From the NCBI GenBank assembly GCA_018302545.1, contig JAGVZM010000002.1, positions 2,198 to 66,197 on the forward strand: DNA of 64,000 bases, in the 5' to 3' direction. Positions 49,478 to 59,494 of this stretch are shown here, in pieces. The DNA comes from Candidatus Woesearchaeota archaeon. GTDB taxonomy: Archaea > Nanobdellota > Nanobdellia > SCGC-AAA011-G17 > GW2011-AR18. Position 1 is the first letter of the stretch; each line of letters opens with the position of its first letter. Position numbers and translations under genes: made by a program. The notes under the pieces were generated by a model that saw only the letters and a list, made by a program, of their open reading frames with translations, was not told the origin of the DNA and searched no databases.

Positions 49478-50223
49478 GCCTCAAAATCAAATTCATTAAT
49501 TATCTCTTTTCCATCTAGATCTAACTTTCTAACTATCTTACCCTTTTTCTTTGCATGGATTCTAGCCAAAGCAAAATCATTTTGATATTCTTTAGGAACT
49601 ATTATCTCATTAATTATAAAAGTATGATTTATTTTACAAGATTTGAAAGAATCATGAACATCAAAAACAAAGTCTCTAAGAAGGTTCTTATCTGAAGTAG
49701 TAAAAGTACAATAATCTGCCTTAGCATCTTCATCTCCTTTCCCAGGTTTAGCAGACTTAGGACTCTTAACTTTTGTTTTCAAAGAACCATAATCATTAGT
49801 AAAAGTTAAACAATAAACAGCATCTGAAAACTTATTCATCGCATTCAAAATATCATCTTTAGATAAATCCGTATTAATCATATAAGTTCTAACACCTTGA
49901 AATTGTTTAGTCTTATCAATAGGAATTCCTGTAACTTGTTCAAAATCTTTAGCTGTTGTTATAATACCCCCTGTAACATTAACTTTAGTTGTTATTTTTT
50001 CAGCCAATAATCTAACAAATCCTTCTGCGTATTCAAAGCTGGTCTTAATCTTAATTTTAGAACCAACAGTAATTTCCATTATGGCCCTATCTTTAAATTC
50101 GCCTTTACTAAATCTCTTAAATTGTCTATGCTCAAAATCCCCAACAGTTCCCTCAAAAATATTTTTAATAAAATTCATCTTCCAAACATTTCCTTGTATT
50201 TTTTTTCTCCAAATAAAATCCAA
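49474..50223 (-). CDS. hypothetical protein
   Basis: ORF with normal composition. Confidence 0.4.
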   Translation of the reverse strand: MDFIWRKKIQGNVWKMNFIKNIFEGTVGDFEHRQFKRFSKGEFKDRAIMEITVGSKIKIKTSFEYAEGFVRLLAEKITTKVNVTGGIITTAKDFEQVTGIPIDKTKQFQGVRTYMINTDLSKDDILNAMNKFSDAVYCLTFTNDYGSLKTKVKSPKSAKPGKGDEDAKADYCTFTTSDKNLLRDFVFDVHDSFKSCKINHTFIINEIIVPKEYQNDFALARIHAKKKGKIVRKLDLDGKEIINEFDFEA

Positions 50224-50289
50224 TATATAGTTAATATAAAAGTAACAAAGATTAAACTTAATAAAAATAAATTAACCATAAAAAATAAA

Positions 50290-53200
50290 TTATTTACTCT
50301 TTTTTAAATCTTTTCTATTCCTAACATTAAAAATAGAGTAGTAAACAATCAATAAAACTAAAGCAAAAACTAAAGCCCCTATGCCCCAACCAGGAATATT
50401 GTTGGATTCAAAACCAGTAGCACAAACCCCTACAACTCTAAGCGGACTACTCAAACCCATTGCTGTAGCTTCTGCTTGAGTTATTTGATTGGTATTACAA
50501 ACATCAAAACCTAAAGCTGCAAAATTCTGACCACAAGTAACCTCAACATCATCCAACTCTCCATCATTATCTAAATCAATACAACTCTTAAGATTAACAA
50601 AGGACGTCCCAGGAATACCTCTTGTACAAGATTGGCAACAATTAGGTTCATTTATATTACCAGATAAAGAAAGATTACCATTACAAGCTTCACCAACACC
50701 GCATAAATATCCTCTAACACTACCGCAACTAACTGATCCTCCACCAGGACCTCTACCTATTATACTTCCACAATCGTTTCTACAAACACCATCACCACAA
50801 CAAGTCATTCCTCCAAGACAGTCATTATTATTAAGACACTGCCCTCCTATATTAGTAATTCCAGTATACAAAAGACAACTAGGACAAAAACTAGAATTAA
50901 ATCCTCCTAAAGCATTTTCTAGATCAGAAACAGGACCATAATGAATCCAACCTAAGTAAAGATAAGTAGCATTCATAGGAGCAACATAATTAAAATTTAT
51001 TATACCATTCAAAACAGGTATAGCTGTTAGAGTATCTAAAACTACAAGAGAATTAGTATCATTAAATCCAACAACAAAGCTAGTTGCATATCCTGAGAAT
51101 ATTGAAGAACCTCCTCCAAAAGTTGGATCTTCTCTTACACAACTACACTGCAAACTAACTGTTTGACCAACAACAGCTGTAACCATCATTCCTCTATTAG
51201 TTATTGCAGTTCCATTGTTCCAGACACATTCAGTTTGACAAGTATTAGAACAAATAGGATCAGGAAGAACTCTACAAATACCAGAATTCGCACCTTGTTG
51301 AAGAGCGCTACTTCCACTATTAAGATCACAATAAAATCCAGTGCCTAAGGAAGAACAATCATTATTACTACTACAAGTAACAACCTCACATAAACTAGTT
51401 GAAGGATTACAAACCTCAGTTAACCCACAGTCATTATTGGTATTACAAATTGAACAAGTTCCAGTTTGACAAATCAGACATTGCCCAACTAAAGGATTGC
51501 TAGTTCTTAAACATCTTGCATCAGGATAATTCTGACAAGTTCTACCAATCCTACAACCAGAAACACACTGACATCCATCACAAACTTCCCCAATACTACA
51601 ATCACTATCAAAAACACAACTAGCATTAACAATATGAAGTAATTGATCATTTCTATTTCCAGAATCACAAATTAAATTATTATTTGTAGAATTTAGAAAA
51701 TTAAAAGCATATCTTCCCTCATCTAAAAAAGCAGAAGATAAGAAACCAGTACTACCAAAACGAATTGGTGAATAATTACCATATGAAAAAGAGTTATTAT
51801 CTAAATCTCTTAAAGTAAAATTCAAAGATCCACTATTCAAAACATTTCCTTGTGAATCTAACAAACAAGAAAGATAACCTATAGCAGAGTCTCCCTCTTC
51901 AATCGTTAAATTATATCCATTACCGCTATGTAAAATACGGCCGTCAGTCCAATTACAAGAAGGATTACAATTTAAACCTAAATTAGGATCTCTAACTTGT
52001 AAAACCCCTCTAAAGTTATCTACAGAATTACAATTAGGATTAGGAGCACCACCAACTGTAAATATATAAACCCCAGGAGTAGAAGGAACAAAAGATCTAA
52101 TAGCATTACCATTAGTAACACCAATATTAGTATCCACTAAAACAGGGGCAGTTAAACTATTAAAGATATTATAAATCACCAAATTTGTATTTGTGCTATC
52201 TAACAAAGCACCAGAAGAATCTTGTAAACATGAAGCATTTATCATAACATTATCTCCTGTGTTTACACTAACAACATTAGGACCTGAAAGATAATTCCCT
52301 CCTTCCCACTGACAACCAAGATTACATGATACACTAGAAGCTGCCCTAAGAAGACAACTAACTTTATTTCCATCATTATTACAAGAGTAATTAGGATCAC
52401 AAAAATATTGTCCTAATTGATAAACATTTTTACAAGAAGCAAAATCACCAGAACAACTCCATCCATCAGAGACATAACCACAAAGACCTTGATGAGTACC
52501 ACCACCAATTTGAGGACTAACACAAATATTAGTAGAAATATCACAAGTTTCTCCAAGATTACAATCAGAGTTACTCAAACATCCAGGTCTACAAAGACCA
52601 CTAGAAAAATCACAAAAATTACCACTAGGACAAGTAAAACTTTGAGAAGAACAAGTAAAAGTACAAATACCAGGGCTAGCAACTCTTAAATCACAAGTTT
52701 CTCCAAGATTACAATTATTGTTGCTCAAACATCCAGGTCTACAAATTCCAGAAATAGTATCACAATAATTTCCCGAAGTACAAGGAGCATTTTGTCCACA
52801 ATTGTTAGGTGATTGAATTCCACAAATTCTAGTATTAGGATCACAATAATTAGAGCTACACTCTATGTTATTATTACATGAAAGTCCATCAGTTTTTTTA
52901 GGATCACACGAAACACCACTTCCTATATTACTGCAATAATAATTAGTATTACAAAAATATTCTGATGCAGTTAGACCCGAAACTTGTTTACAAGAAGTAA
53001 AATCCCCTGAACAATACCATCCATTTATAGTATCCCCACAATATCCAATATAATTAGTTATAGTAGTTCCACCACTTTGTTGTCCAATAACACAAGTATT
53101 AGTAGTAAAGTCACAAGTCTCACCAGTATCACAAAATTGATTTATTTGTCCACAAGGAGCTCCAGGTATAGCAAAAACAAGTTCAATAGAAAATAAACTA

Positions 53201-53304
53201 ATTAAAACAGCAATAAGTAAAAATAATCCCCTCTTTAACATATAAAATAGAACATCAAAATAGCTATTTAAAATTATTCTTTTAATCAGACCAGATAGAA
53301 ACAA
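50290..53304 (-). CDS. giant (1004 aa) cysteine-rich cell-surface protein with tandem Cys modules and C-terminal TM anchor
   Basis: N-terminal TM/signal; repeated CxSGNxCDxxSGxCRPGCLSNxxCNLGETCD modules; C-terminal GIGALVFALVLLIVYYSIF then basic tail. Confidence 0.55.
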   Translation of the reverse strand: MFLSGLIKRIILNSYFDVLFYMLKRGLFLLIAVLISLFSIELVFAIPGAPCGQINQFCDTGETCDFTTNTCVIGQQSGGTTITNYIGYCGDTINGWYCSGDFTSCKQVSGLTASEYFCNTNYYCSNIGSGVSCDPKKTDGLSCNNNIECSSNYCDPNTRICGIQSPNNCGQNAPCTSGNYCDTISGICRPGCLSNNNCNLGETCDLRVASPGICTFTCSSQSFTCPSGNFCDFSSGLCRPGCLSNSDCNLGETCDISTNICVSPQIGGGTHQGLCGYVSDGWSCSGDFASCKNVYQLGQYFCDPNYSCNNDGNKVSCLLRAASSVSCNLGCQWEGGNYLSGPNVVSVNTGDNVMINASCLQDSSGALLDSTNTNLVIYNIFNSLTAPVLVDTNIGVTNGNAIRSFVPSTPGVYIFTVGGAPNPNCNSVDNFRGVLQVRDPNLGLNCNPSCNWTDGRILHSGNGYNLTIEEGDSAIGYLSCLLDSQGNVLNSGSLNFTLRDLDNNSFSYGNYSPIRFGSTGFLSSAFLDEGRYAFNFLNSTNNNLICDSGNRNDQLLHIVNASCVFDSDCSIGEVCDGCQCVSGCRIGRTCQNYPDARCLRTSNPLVGQCLICQTGTCSICNTNNDCGLTEVCNPSTSLCEVVTCSSNNDCSSLGTGFYCDLNSGSSALQQGANSGICRVLPDPICSNTCQTECVWNNGTAITNRGMMVTAVVGQTVSLQCSCVREDPTFGGGSSIFSGYATSFVVGFNDTNSLVVLDTLTAIPVLNGIINFNYVAPMNATYLYLGWIHYGPVSDLENALGGFNSSFCPSCLLYTGITNIGGQCLNNNDCLGGMTCCGDGVCRNDCGSIIGRGPGGGSVSCGSVRGYLCGVGEACNGNLSLSGNINEPNCCQSCTRGIPGTSFVNLKSCIDLDNDGELDDVEVTCGQNFAALGFDVCNTNQITQAEATAMGLSSPLRVVGVCATGFESNNIPGWGIGALVFALVLLIVYYSIFNVRNRKDLKKSK
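52541..52745. repeat. intragenic direct repeat (two about 55-nt copies, about 90% identical, 52541..52595 and 52691..52745)
   Basis: TCACAAGTTTCTCCAAGATTACAAT...CTCAAACATCCAGGTCTACAAA occurs twice; encodes repeated Cys module. Confidence 0.5.
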
Positions 53305-53689
53305 ACATTAAGATAGTAACTAAAGGAAATAAATTTGTTATAAATGCATATTGTGGGAAAAACCAAACACCCACCATTATTTCAACAACAGCAATAATTG
53401 CAAAAATTTTGCTCATGTGATGTCCCCTTCTAGCAAATACCCAAAATAAAACAAAAGCACCTATCGCACCAGCAAGATCAAATAAACCATTATCAAAACT
53501 TAATAGATCTATAGCATCAACAGCAATTGCAAAAGGTAGTTTCCACAAATCCAAAGCAATATCTAAAAAGTGTTTTAAAGAAAACAAAACAGCAAAAGCC
53601 AGAACAATACCAAAAATAACCCAACCATAATCAAAAGGTTTACTAACAGAATTAACAACAAAACCTGTTAAATCATCTAAACCGAACAT
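53282..53689 (-). CDS. hypothetical integral membrane protein
   Basis: 4 TM helices. Confidence 0.35.
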   Translation of the reverse strand: MFGLDDLTGFVVNSVSKPFDYGWVIFGIVLAFAVLFSLKHFLDIALDLWKLPFAIAVDAIDLLSFDNGLFDLAGAIGAFVLFWVFARRGHHMSKIFAIIAVVEIMVGVWFFPQYAFITNLFPLVTILMFVSIWSD

Positions 53690-53798
53690 GAATTAATTCT
53701 GAATTAATTAATATTTAATACTTTTTAATTAAAGAAAAAGGAGAAGTAAGAAAAATTAAAATAGTGAATGAAAACATTTTATTCATTCATAGAAAAAA

Positions 53799-54212
53799 TT
53801 AATCTTTAGAAATTATTGCATAAATAGCTTTTCCAGGCAACCTCTTTCTAAACCCAGACTTAGCATATTTAATATAACTATTTTTCAAATTAAAATTTAA
53901 CCAAGAATCCATCCAACCTTGAGCAGTATAAACTAAATAATGCCCAGAAGGATATTTTTTAGATCTCTGGATAAAAACAATAGTATTTTCTTTATATCTA
54001 ATTCTTTTATTTCCAATGTATCTATAAAAATATTCTCTTCCAGAAATTCTTAAAGCATTAACAAGGTCTTTACAAATAAATCCCCTAATTCTAGCTAGTG
54101 TAGAATATCTAAAATAATTCTTTTTGGAATAATTATAAGAGTTACCGCAAATGAAAGAAACACATGCAATACCACAACCTAAAGGATCCTTTTGGACAAC
54201 AGCATTTTTCAT
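53799..54212 (-). CDS. papain-like cysteine peptidase domain protein (peptidase C39-like)
   Basis: putative catalytic Cys in DPLGCGIACVSFICG and His in SGHYLVYTAQG. Confidence 0.4.
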   Translation of the reverse strand: MKNAVVQKDPLGCGIACVSFICGNSYNYSKKNYFRYSTLARIRGFICKDLVNALRISGREYFYRYIGNKRIRYKENTIVFIQRSKKYPSGHYLVYTAQGWMDSWLNFNLKNSYIKYAKSGFRKRLPGKAIYAIISKD

Positions 54213-54263
54213 ACAATAAAAGAGTTAGTAAAGTTTATAACAATTAGGATCAATTAGTTAACA

Positions 54264-55061
54264 ATGAAAAAGTTCATACTAATTCTAGTGATGTTAATTC
54301 TAATAATAAGTTGTACTAACAAAGATAAACCTACAAAAGAGGATAAAAGAACAGAGATATACCTCCCATCCCCAGGAACAACTTGGCAATGGCAATTATC
54401 AGGAAAAATAAATACCAATTATAATGTAGAATTATATGATGTTGACCTATTTGAGACATCAATAGAAACAATTAATGAATTACATAATAGAAATATAAAA
54501 GTAATCTGCTATTTCTCAGCAGGTACATTAGAAGAATACAGAGAAGATTATGAAAATTTTCCCAAGGAGATAATAGGTAAAAGCTTATTAGAATGGCCAG
54601 ATGAAAAATGGTTAGATATATCTAATTATAAAAAGTTTTCAGATATCATGGCAAAGCGTATGGATTTAGCTGTAGAAAAAAATTGTGATGGTATTGAACC
54701 AGATAATGTAGATGCATATACTCAGGATAGTGGCTTCAATTTAAGCTACGATAATCAATTAGAATATAATAAGTGGTTAGCAGAAGAAGCACACAAAAGA
54801 AATTTATCTATTGCGTTAAAAAATGACCTAAATCAAGTTAAGGATTTGGTAAATTATTTTGATTTTGCAATAAATGAACAATGCTTTTTATATAATGAAT
54901 GTGAATTACTCCTTCCCTTTATTAAACAAAATAAAGCAGTTTTAGGAGTAGAATACGAATTAGATTTACACCAATTTTGTAAAGAAGCAAATTCATTAAA
55001 TTTTAGTTGGTTGAAAATGGATTTAGAATTAGACGGCAGTAGAGAATCTTGCAACAATTAA
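54264..55061 (+). CDS. glycoside hydrolase family 114-like (endo-alpha-1,4-polygalactosaminidase/PelA-hydrolase-like) lipoprotein
   Basis: lipobox LIISC; TTWQWQLSG, VICYFSAGT, KWLDISN, CDGIEPDNVDAY characteristic of GH114. Confidence 0.6.
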   Translation: MKKFILILVMLILIISCTNKDKPTKEDKRTEIYLPSPGTTWQWQLSGKINTNYNVELYDVDLFETSIETINELHNRNIKVICYFSAGTLEEYREDYENFPKEIIGKSLLEWPDEKWLDISNYKKFSDIMAKRMDLAVEKNCDGIEPDNVDAYTQDSGFNLSYDNQLEYNKWLAEEAHKRNLSIALKNDLNQVKDLVNYFDFAINEQCFLYNECELLLPFIKQNKAVLGVEYELDLHQFCKEANSLNFSWLKMDLELDGSRESCNN

Positions 55062-55093
55062 GTATTTAAAGTTTCATAAAATTTTGAAATCAT

Positions 55094-55202
55094 AGTCCCG
55101 TCGTCTAGATTAGTTTAAAAACTAAAGACAACGGCCCAGGATCGAGGACTCTGGATCAATAGGAGAAATCCTTGGACGGCAGTTCGAATCTGCCCGGGAC
55201 TA
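55094..55202 (+). tRNA. tRNA-Gln (anticodon CTG) with two predicted introns: D-loop (55109..55131, 23 nt) and canonical 37/38 (55155..55167, 13 nt)
   Basis: acceptor AGTCCCG/CGGGACT + A; T-arm GGCAG-TTCGAAT-CTGCC; anticodon arm GAGGA-CTCTGGA-TCCTT after splicing; D-stem strand GTCT pairs intronic AGAC mimic (central BHB helix) with 7-bp intron hairpin. Confidence 0.6.
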
Positions 55203-55337
55203 TTTTTCCAATAAATTTAAATAACTTTAGTCTTAATCTATTTTCATGAAAACATCAAAGCTAATACAAAATAAGTATTTTTTCTTAGCCATGCTTATGA
55301 TGTTCTAATAGCCTAAAATATTTAGGAGGCCATTGCA

Positions 55338-57527
55338 ATGATAAAAAACAACAAACAGATAGAAGAAGGAACTTTTAAATATCTAGAACTATCAAAGAAA
55401 AAAATGAAGAAAAAGTTTTATATCACAACACCAATTTACTATGTAAATGATAAACCTCATGTTGGTCATGCATATACTACAATAATAGCAGATATTCTAG
55501 CAAGGTGGCATAGATTAAAACAAGAAGATGTATTTTTCCTAACTGGATTAGATGAAAACGGACAAAAAACAGTCGAAGCTTCTATAAAGTTCGGATTTAA
55601 AAGTCCACAAGCATGGTGTGATTATATAGCAGAAGAATATCTAAAAACATGGAAAAATCTAAACATAAGCAATGATGATTTTATAAGAACAACAGAAGAA
55701 AGACACCATAAACTTTCTATAGAGTTCACAAAAAAAGTTCAAAAAAAAGGAGACATCTATAAAGGAAACTATATAGGATTATATTGTGAAGGTTGTGAAG
55801 CATACATAACAGAATCAGAATTAACAAAAGAAGGTTTTTGTCCAAATCACAATAAAAAACCAAAGGAGTTACATGAAGAAAATTACTTTTTCAAATTAAG
55901 TAAATATGATAAACAATTACTAGAACATATAGAGAATAATCCAAGTTTCATACAACCCGAGTTCAGGAAAAAAGAAATTATTAATTTCATAAAGCAAGGA
56001 TTAAAAGATATAAGTATCTCTAGGCAGAGTTTAACATGGGGAATTCCTTTTCCTGGAGATGAATCTCAAAGAATTTATGTTTGGTTTGATGCATTATTAA
56101 ATTATTTGCACCCAAAGGAATATTGGCCTGCAAATATACAAATGATGGGTAAAGAAATAATAAAATTTCATTGTATAATCTGGCCGGCAATGCTTCTCTC
56201 AGCCGGATATAAACTTCCAAAAAAAGTATTTGCTCATGGATGGTTAACAATAAATGGAGAAAAGATGTCTAAATCTTTAGGCAATGCTATAGACCCAAAT
56301 CACCTTACTAAAACATTTGGAACAGATGCATTAAGATACTATTATGCAAGAGAAGTACCTTTAGGAAATGATGGAGATTTTTCAGAAAAACAATTAGTAG
56401 CTAGATTAAACAATGAGCTAGCAAATGAACTAGGCAACTTAATTTCAAGAACCTTAACTTTAATAGAAAAAAAATTAAATTCAGAAATAAAAAAAGATAA
56501 GGTAGATAAAACATTATTCAAAGATTTAAAGGTTAAACAAATCGACAAGTTCATCCAAGATATAGAACCCCATAATGCAATTGCATTAATTTTTCATTTT
56601 ATACATTCATGTAATCAATATATTAGCGAAAAAGAGCCATGGAACATCAATAAAGAAAATGAATTAAATAAAATACTCTATAATTTAACAGATGCTATTA
56701 GAATAATATCAATATTGCTCTATTCATTTCTACCAGAAACATGTGAAAAGATTCATAAACAATTATCTTTAGACACTAAAAAATTAAGTTTAGCTCAGGC
56801 TATTCCTGGAATATTAACAACAACAAAAATAAACAAAGGAGAAATTTTATTCCAAAAAGTAATTTTCAAAGAAACAAAAGATGTTTTCAAAAATCCTAAA
56901 TGTTATGTAACTCCAGAAGTGCAAAGATTAGGAATTAAAGTTAAATTTGCAGAATTAATCAACCTAAATATAAAAAAGAAACATATGGGTTTAGAAAAAT
57001 TAAAATCTGAAATAAAGAAAAGTTTCAAACCGAACATAAGAGTACTAAAAGGATATGATAATTACTCTAGATTATTAAACATAGAAGAAGGACAATGCTC
57101 AGTCTACAATTTAATGGATTTAGTTGAAGAAAACGGAAAACTTCCAACAATAAATACAGCTGTAGATAGTTATAATATTATATCTCTTGCTAAAAGCCTT
57201 GTTGTAGGTGCTCATGATAGAGAACATGTAAAGGGACCAGTGAGGTTTGATATTTTTAAAGGAAATGAATTATACATCCCATTATTCACAAATGAAAAAA
57301 AATCAGTTAATAAAGGAGAATTTGGTTGTATTGATGATGAAAAAGTTCTTTGTAGACTAGATATTAAACAAGGCGATCAAACAAAGGTGACAGAAAAAAC
57401 AAAGAATATTATTCTTTATGTACAAGGAAATGAATATACTTCAGAAGAATATTTGCAGGAAGCAATAGAAGAAATTTGTAAGTTAATGATTAGATTTTGT
57501 GATGGAGAATATAAAATATTAAATTAA
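55338..57527 (+). CDS. metG: methionine--tRNA ligase (MetRS) with C-terminal B3/B4-like domain
   Basis: HVGHAYTT (HIGH), EKMSKSLGN (KMSKS), anticodon-binding helical domain; C-terminal about 200 aa with INTAVDSYNIISLAKSLVVGAHDREHVKGPVRFD resembling the PheT B3/4 domain. Confidence 0.85.
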   Translation: MIKNNKQIEEGTFKYLELSKKKMKKKFYITTPIYYVNDKPHVGHAYTTIIADILARWHRLKQEDVFFLTGLDENGQKTVEASIKFGFKSPQAWCDYIAEEYLKTWKNLNISNDDFIRTTEERHHKLSIEFTKKVQKKGDIYKGNYIGLYCEGCEAYITESELTKEGFCPNHNKKPKELHEENYFFKLSKYDKQLLEHIENNPSFIQPEFRKKEIINFIKQGLKDISISRQSLTWGIPFPGDESQRIYVWFDALLNYLHPKEYWPANIQMMGKEIIKFHCIIWPAMLLSAGYKLPKKVFAHGWLTINGEKMSKSLGNAIDPNHLTKTFGTDALRYYYAREVPLGNDGDFSEKQLVARLNNELANELGNLISRTLTLIEKKLNSEIKKDKVDKTLFKDLKVKQIDKFIQDIEPHNAIALIFHFIHSCNQYISEKEPWNINKENELNKILYNLTDAIRIISILLYSFLPETCEKIHKQLSLDTKKLSLAQAIPGILTTTKINKGEILFQKVIFKETKDVFKNPKCYVTPEVQRLGIKVKFAELINLNIKKKHMGLEKLKSEIKKSFKPNIRVLKGYDNYSRLLNIEEGQCSVYNLMDLVEENGKLPTINTAVDSYNIISLAKSLVVGAHDREHVKGPVRFDIFKGNELYIPLFTNEKKSVNKGEFGCIDDEKVLCRLDIKQGDQTKVTEKTKNIILYVQGNEYTSEEYLQEAIEEICKLMIRFCDGEYKILN

Positions 57528-57529
57528 AG

Positions 57530-57727
57530 TCAATCTTTCTTTAAACCAATTCTAATTAATTCAAACCCGATAATTGAAAATATGGAAGACAAAATAACTG
57601 AAATAAAAACAGCATTTCCTAAACTACTTCTTTGGCCGCCAAATAAAGGTTGTGTCATGTAAAAAACACTAATATAAAATAGGAGTAATATAAAAACCCC
57701 AAAAATCAAAGAAATAATTTTTTTCAT
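57530..57727 (-). CDS. hypothetical small membrane protein
   Basis: 2 TM helices. Confidence 0.25.
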   Translation of the reverse strand: MKKIISLIFGVFILLLFYISVFYMTQPLFGGQRSSLGNAVFISVILSSIFSIIGFELIRIGLKKD

Positions 57728-57765
57728 GTTAAATAATATTTAAATATTAAAAAAATAAAGAAAAT

Positions 57766-58011
57766 TTAAGCAGAGCCTTTAAAGCCCCACCATAACATTT
57801 TCAAACCCCATAAAAATACTAACAATCCCAAAGATCTTTCAAATGTAAACCATCCAACTGGAAACATCATTAATAACCCTAGAACAGCAGTTAACAAAGC
57901 ACATAAAACCATACACCAGCTGCCACTCATACACTTACAAGGACTACAATTACACATAGAACACATGTTCTTATTCATTGATTTCATTTCTTTTTTAGCC
58001 ATAAATATCAC
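57766..58011 (-). CDS. hypothetical Cys-rich small membrane protein
   Basis: CSMCNCSPCKCMSGSWC followed by 2 TM. Confidence 0.3.
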   Translation of the reverse strand: MIFMAKKEMKSMNKNMCSMCNCSPCKCMSGSWCMVLCALLTAVLGLLMMFPVGWFTFERSLGLLVFLWGLKMLWWGFKGSA

Positions 58012-58086
58012 ACTCCCTTTAATAGATTATTGATAAAAATTAGATTTAAAATACTTTCCAAAAATAGCTATAAGTTCATATTAAAA

Positions 58087-59409
58087 TTATTTTAAGATCT
58101 TTTGACAAATTATTAAAGTAAATAAAGAAACTGGCAATGAAATTACTGCTGTTTCCGGATTAATTAAATTTGTAATAAACAAAATTAAAACTGTAATTAT
58201 ACCCATCATAAGACTATAAAAAACTGCCTTTTCTTTAAGTTTCCAATAAAAAGATCCAAATACCACTGGAAAAAGAACAAGAGATAAACTGCCTAATGAA
58301 AAACCTATTCTAATAATATCCTGATAAAACGAAGCAATTAAAACTGCTAAAGAAACAAAAATAACCATAAAGACTCTTGTTAATTTTATCATTGAATATT
58401 CACTACATCTTATTGAGTAATTTTTTAAATCCCTAGTTACAATAGAAGATACTACAAAAGTAATCGTATCTGAAGAAGATAAACTAACAGCATAAAGTAA
58501 AATAATTCCAAATTCTTTTAATCCTAAAGGTAATAAGTTTGAAAAACCAGTAAGAAGAGCATCTTCTGGAACTATATTTGGAAAGAACTGCTTAGTTACA
58601 AGTCCAACAACACTTATAATAACTGCTAGAAAAGGAAGTATAAATGCAGAATAGCTTAACCCTTTTTTTACACTTTTCTCATCTTTAGCAGCAAAAATTC
58701 TCTGCCATAAGTCTGGGGCAACAACAATACTAAAGGCACCAATAAGAACAAAACCTAAGATATTTCCAAATCCTAAATTTGTTAAATTTATGTCCAAACT
58801 AGGAACGTCTGCCTTTCCAAAAAGAAATAACCCAACAGTCAAGCTCATTAAAATCATAATCATAAATTGAAAATAATCTGTTCTTAAGACAGCTTTAAAG
58901 CCTGCTAAAAACAAGTAAGTAAGAACAACAAGCCCCCCAATACTAACTGCAATATACAGAGGCAAAGAAAAAATACTTGAAAGAATTTTACCACTAATAA
59001 TAAGATTTACTATTAAGATTCCAAAAAATTGAATGATGAGAATAATGGAAAAAAGAAGGCCATTAGACTTACCAAAAATATTATAAAAGAATTCAGGCAT
59101 AGAATAAGAGTTTGTTAAATCTGCCTTAGTTTTGATATTTATAGCATATTTTCTTAATAATATAAACCCAAAAGCTAAACCTATAAAGAGCCAAATTGCA
59201 GAGAATCCAAATTGATAAATATAAGCCACAAATATAGCTAAGGTTGCACCATCAAAAAAACCTGCACTCATTGTTGCAGCTAATTGCACCCCTTTAACTT
59301 TTCTTTCAGCAATCATAAAACTGTCTTCAGTTTTGCTTCTAGAAGAAATAATACCTATTAAAAAAACTACTAAAAAGTACAATAAGAAAAATACAATCGC
59401 CCAATTCAT
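58087..59409 (-). CDS. sodium:solute symporter family (SSS) transporter
   Basis: about 12 TM; N-terminal SSS signature region SFMIAERKVKGVQLAATMSAGFFDGATLAIFVA. Confidence 0.7.
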   Translation of the reverse strand: MNWAIVFFLLYFLVVFLIGIISSRSKTEDSFMIAERKVKGVQLAATMSAGFFDGATLAIFVAYIYQFGFSAIWLFIGLAFGFILLRKYAINIKTKADLTNSYSMPEFFYNIFGKSNGLLFSIILIIQFFGILIVNLIISGKILSSIFSLPLYIAVSIGGLVVLTYLFLAGFKAVLRTDYFQFMIMILMSLTVGLFLFGKADVPSLDINLTNLGFGNILGFVLIGAFSIVVAPDLWQRIFAAKDEKSVKKGLSYSAFILPFLAVIISVVGLVTKQFFPNIVPEDALLTGFSNLLPLGLKEFGIILLYAVSLSSSDTITFVVSSIVTRDLKNYSIRCSEYSMIKLTRVFMVIFVSLAVLIASFYQDIIRIGFSLGSLSLVLFPVVFGSFYWKLKEKAVFYSLMMGIITVLILFITNLINPETAVISLPVSLFTLIICQKILK

Positions 59410-59494
59410 AAAATAAAAATCTAAAATTTACTTATAAATAATAGTTGTTTTTAAAAAACAACATATTTAAATAAACCAAAAATAAACATAACTT

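Noticed and set aside
52417-52689. T/S/R-rich 90-aa ORF antisense to the giant Cys-rich gene
   Set aside because: Artefact of the repetitive Cys-codon-rich sense strand.
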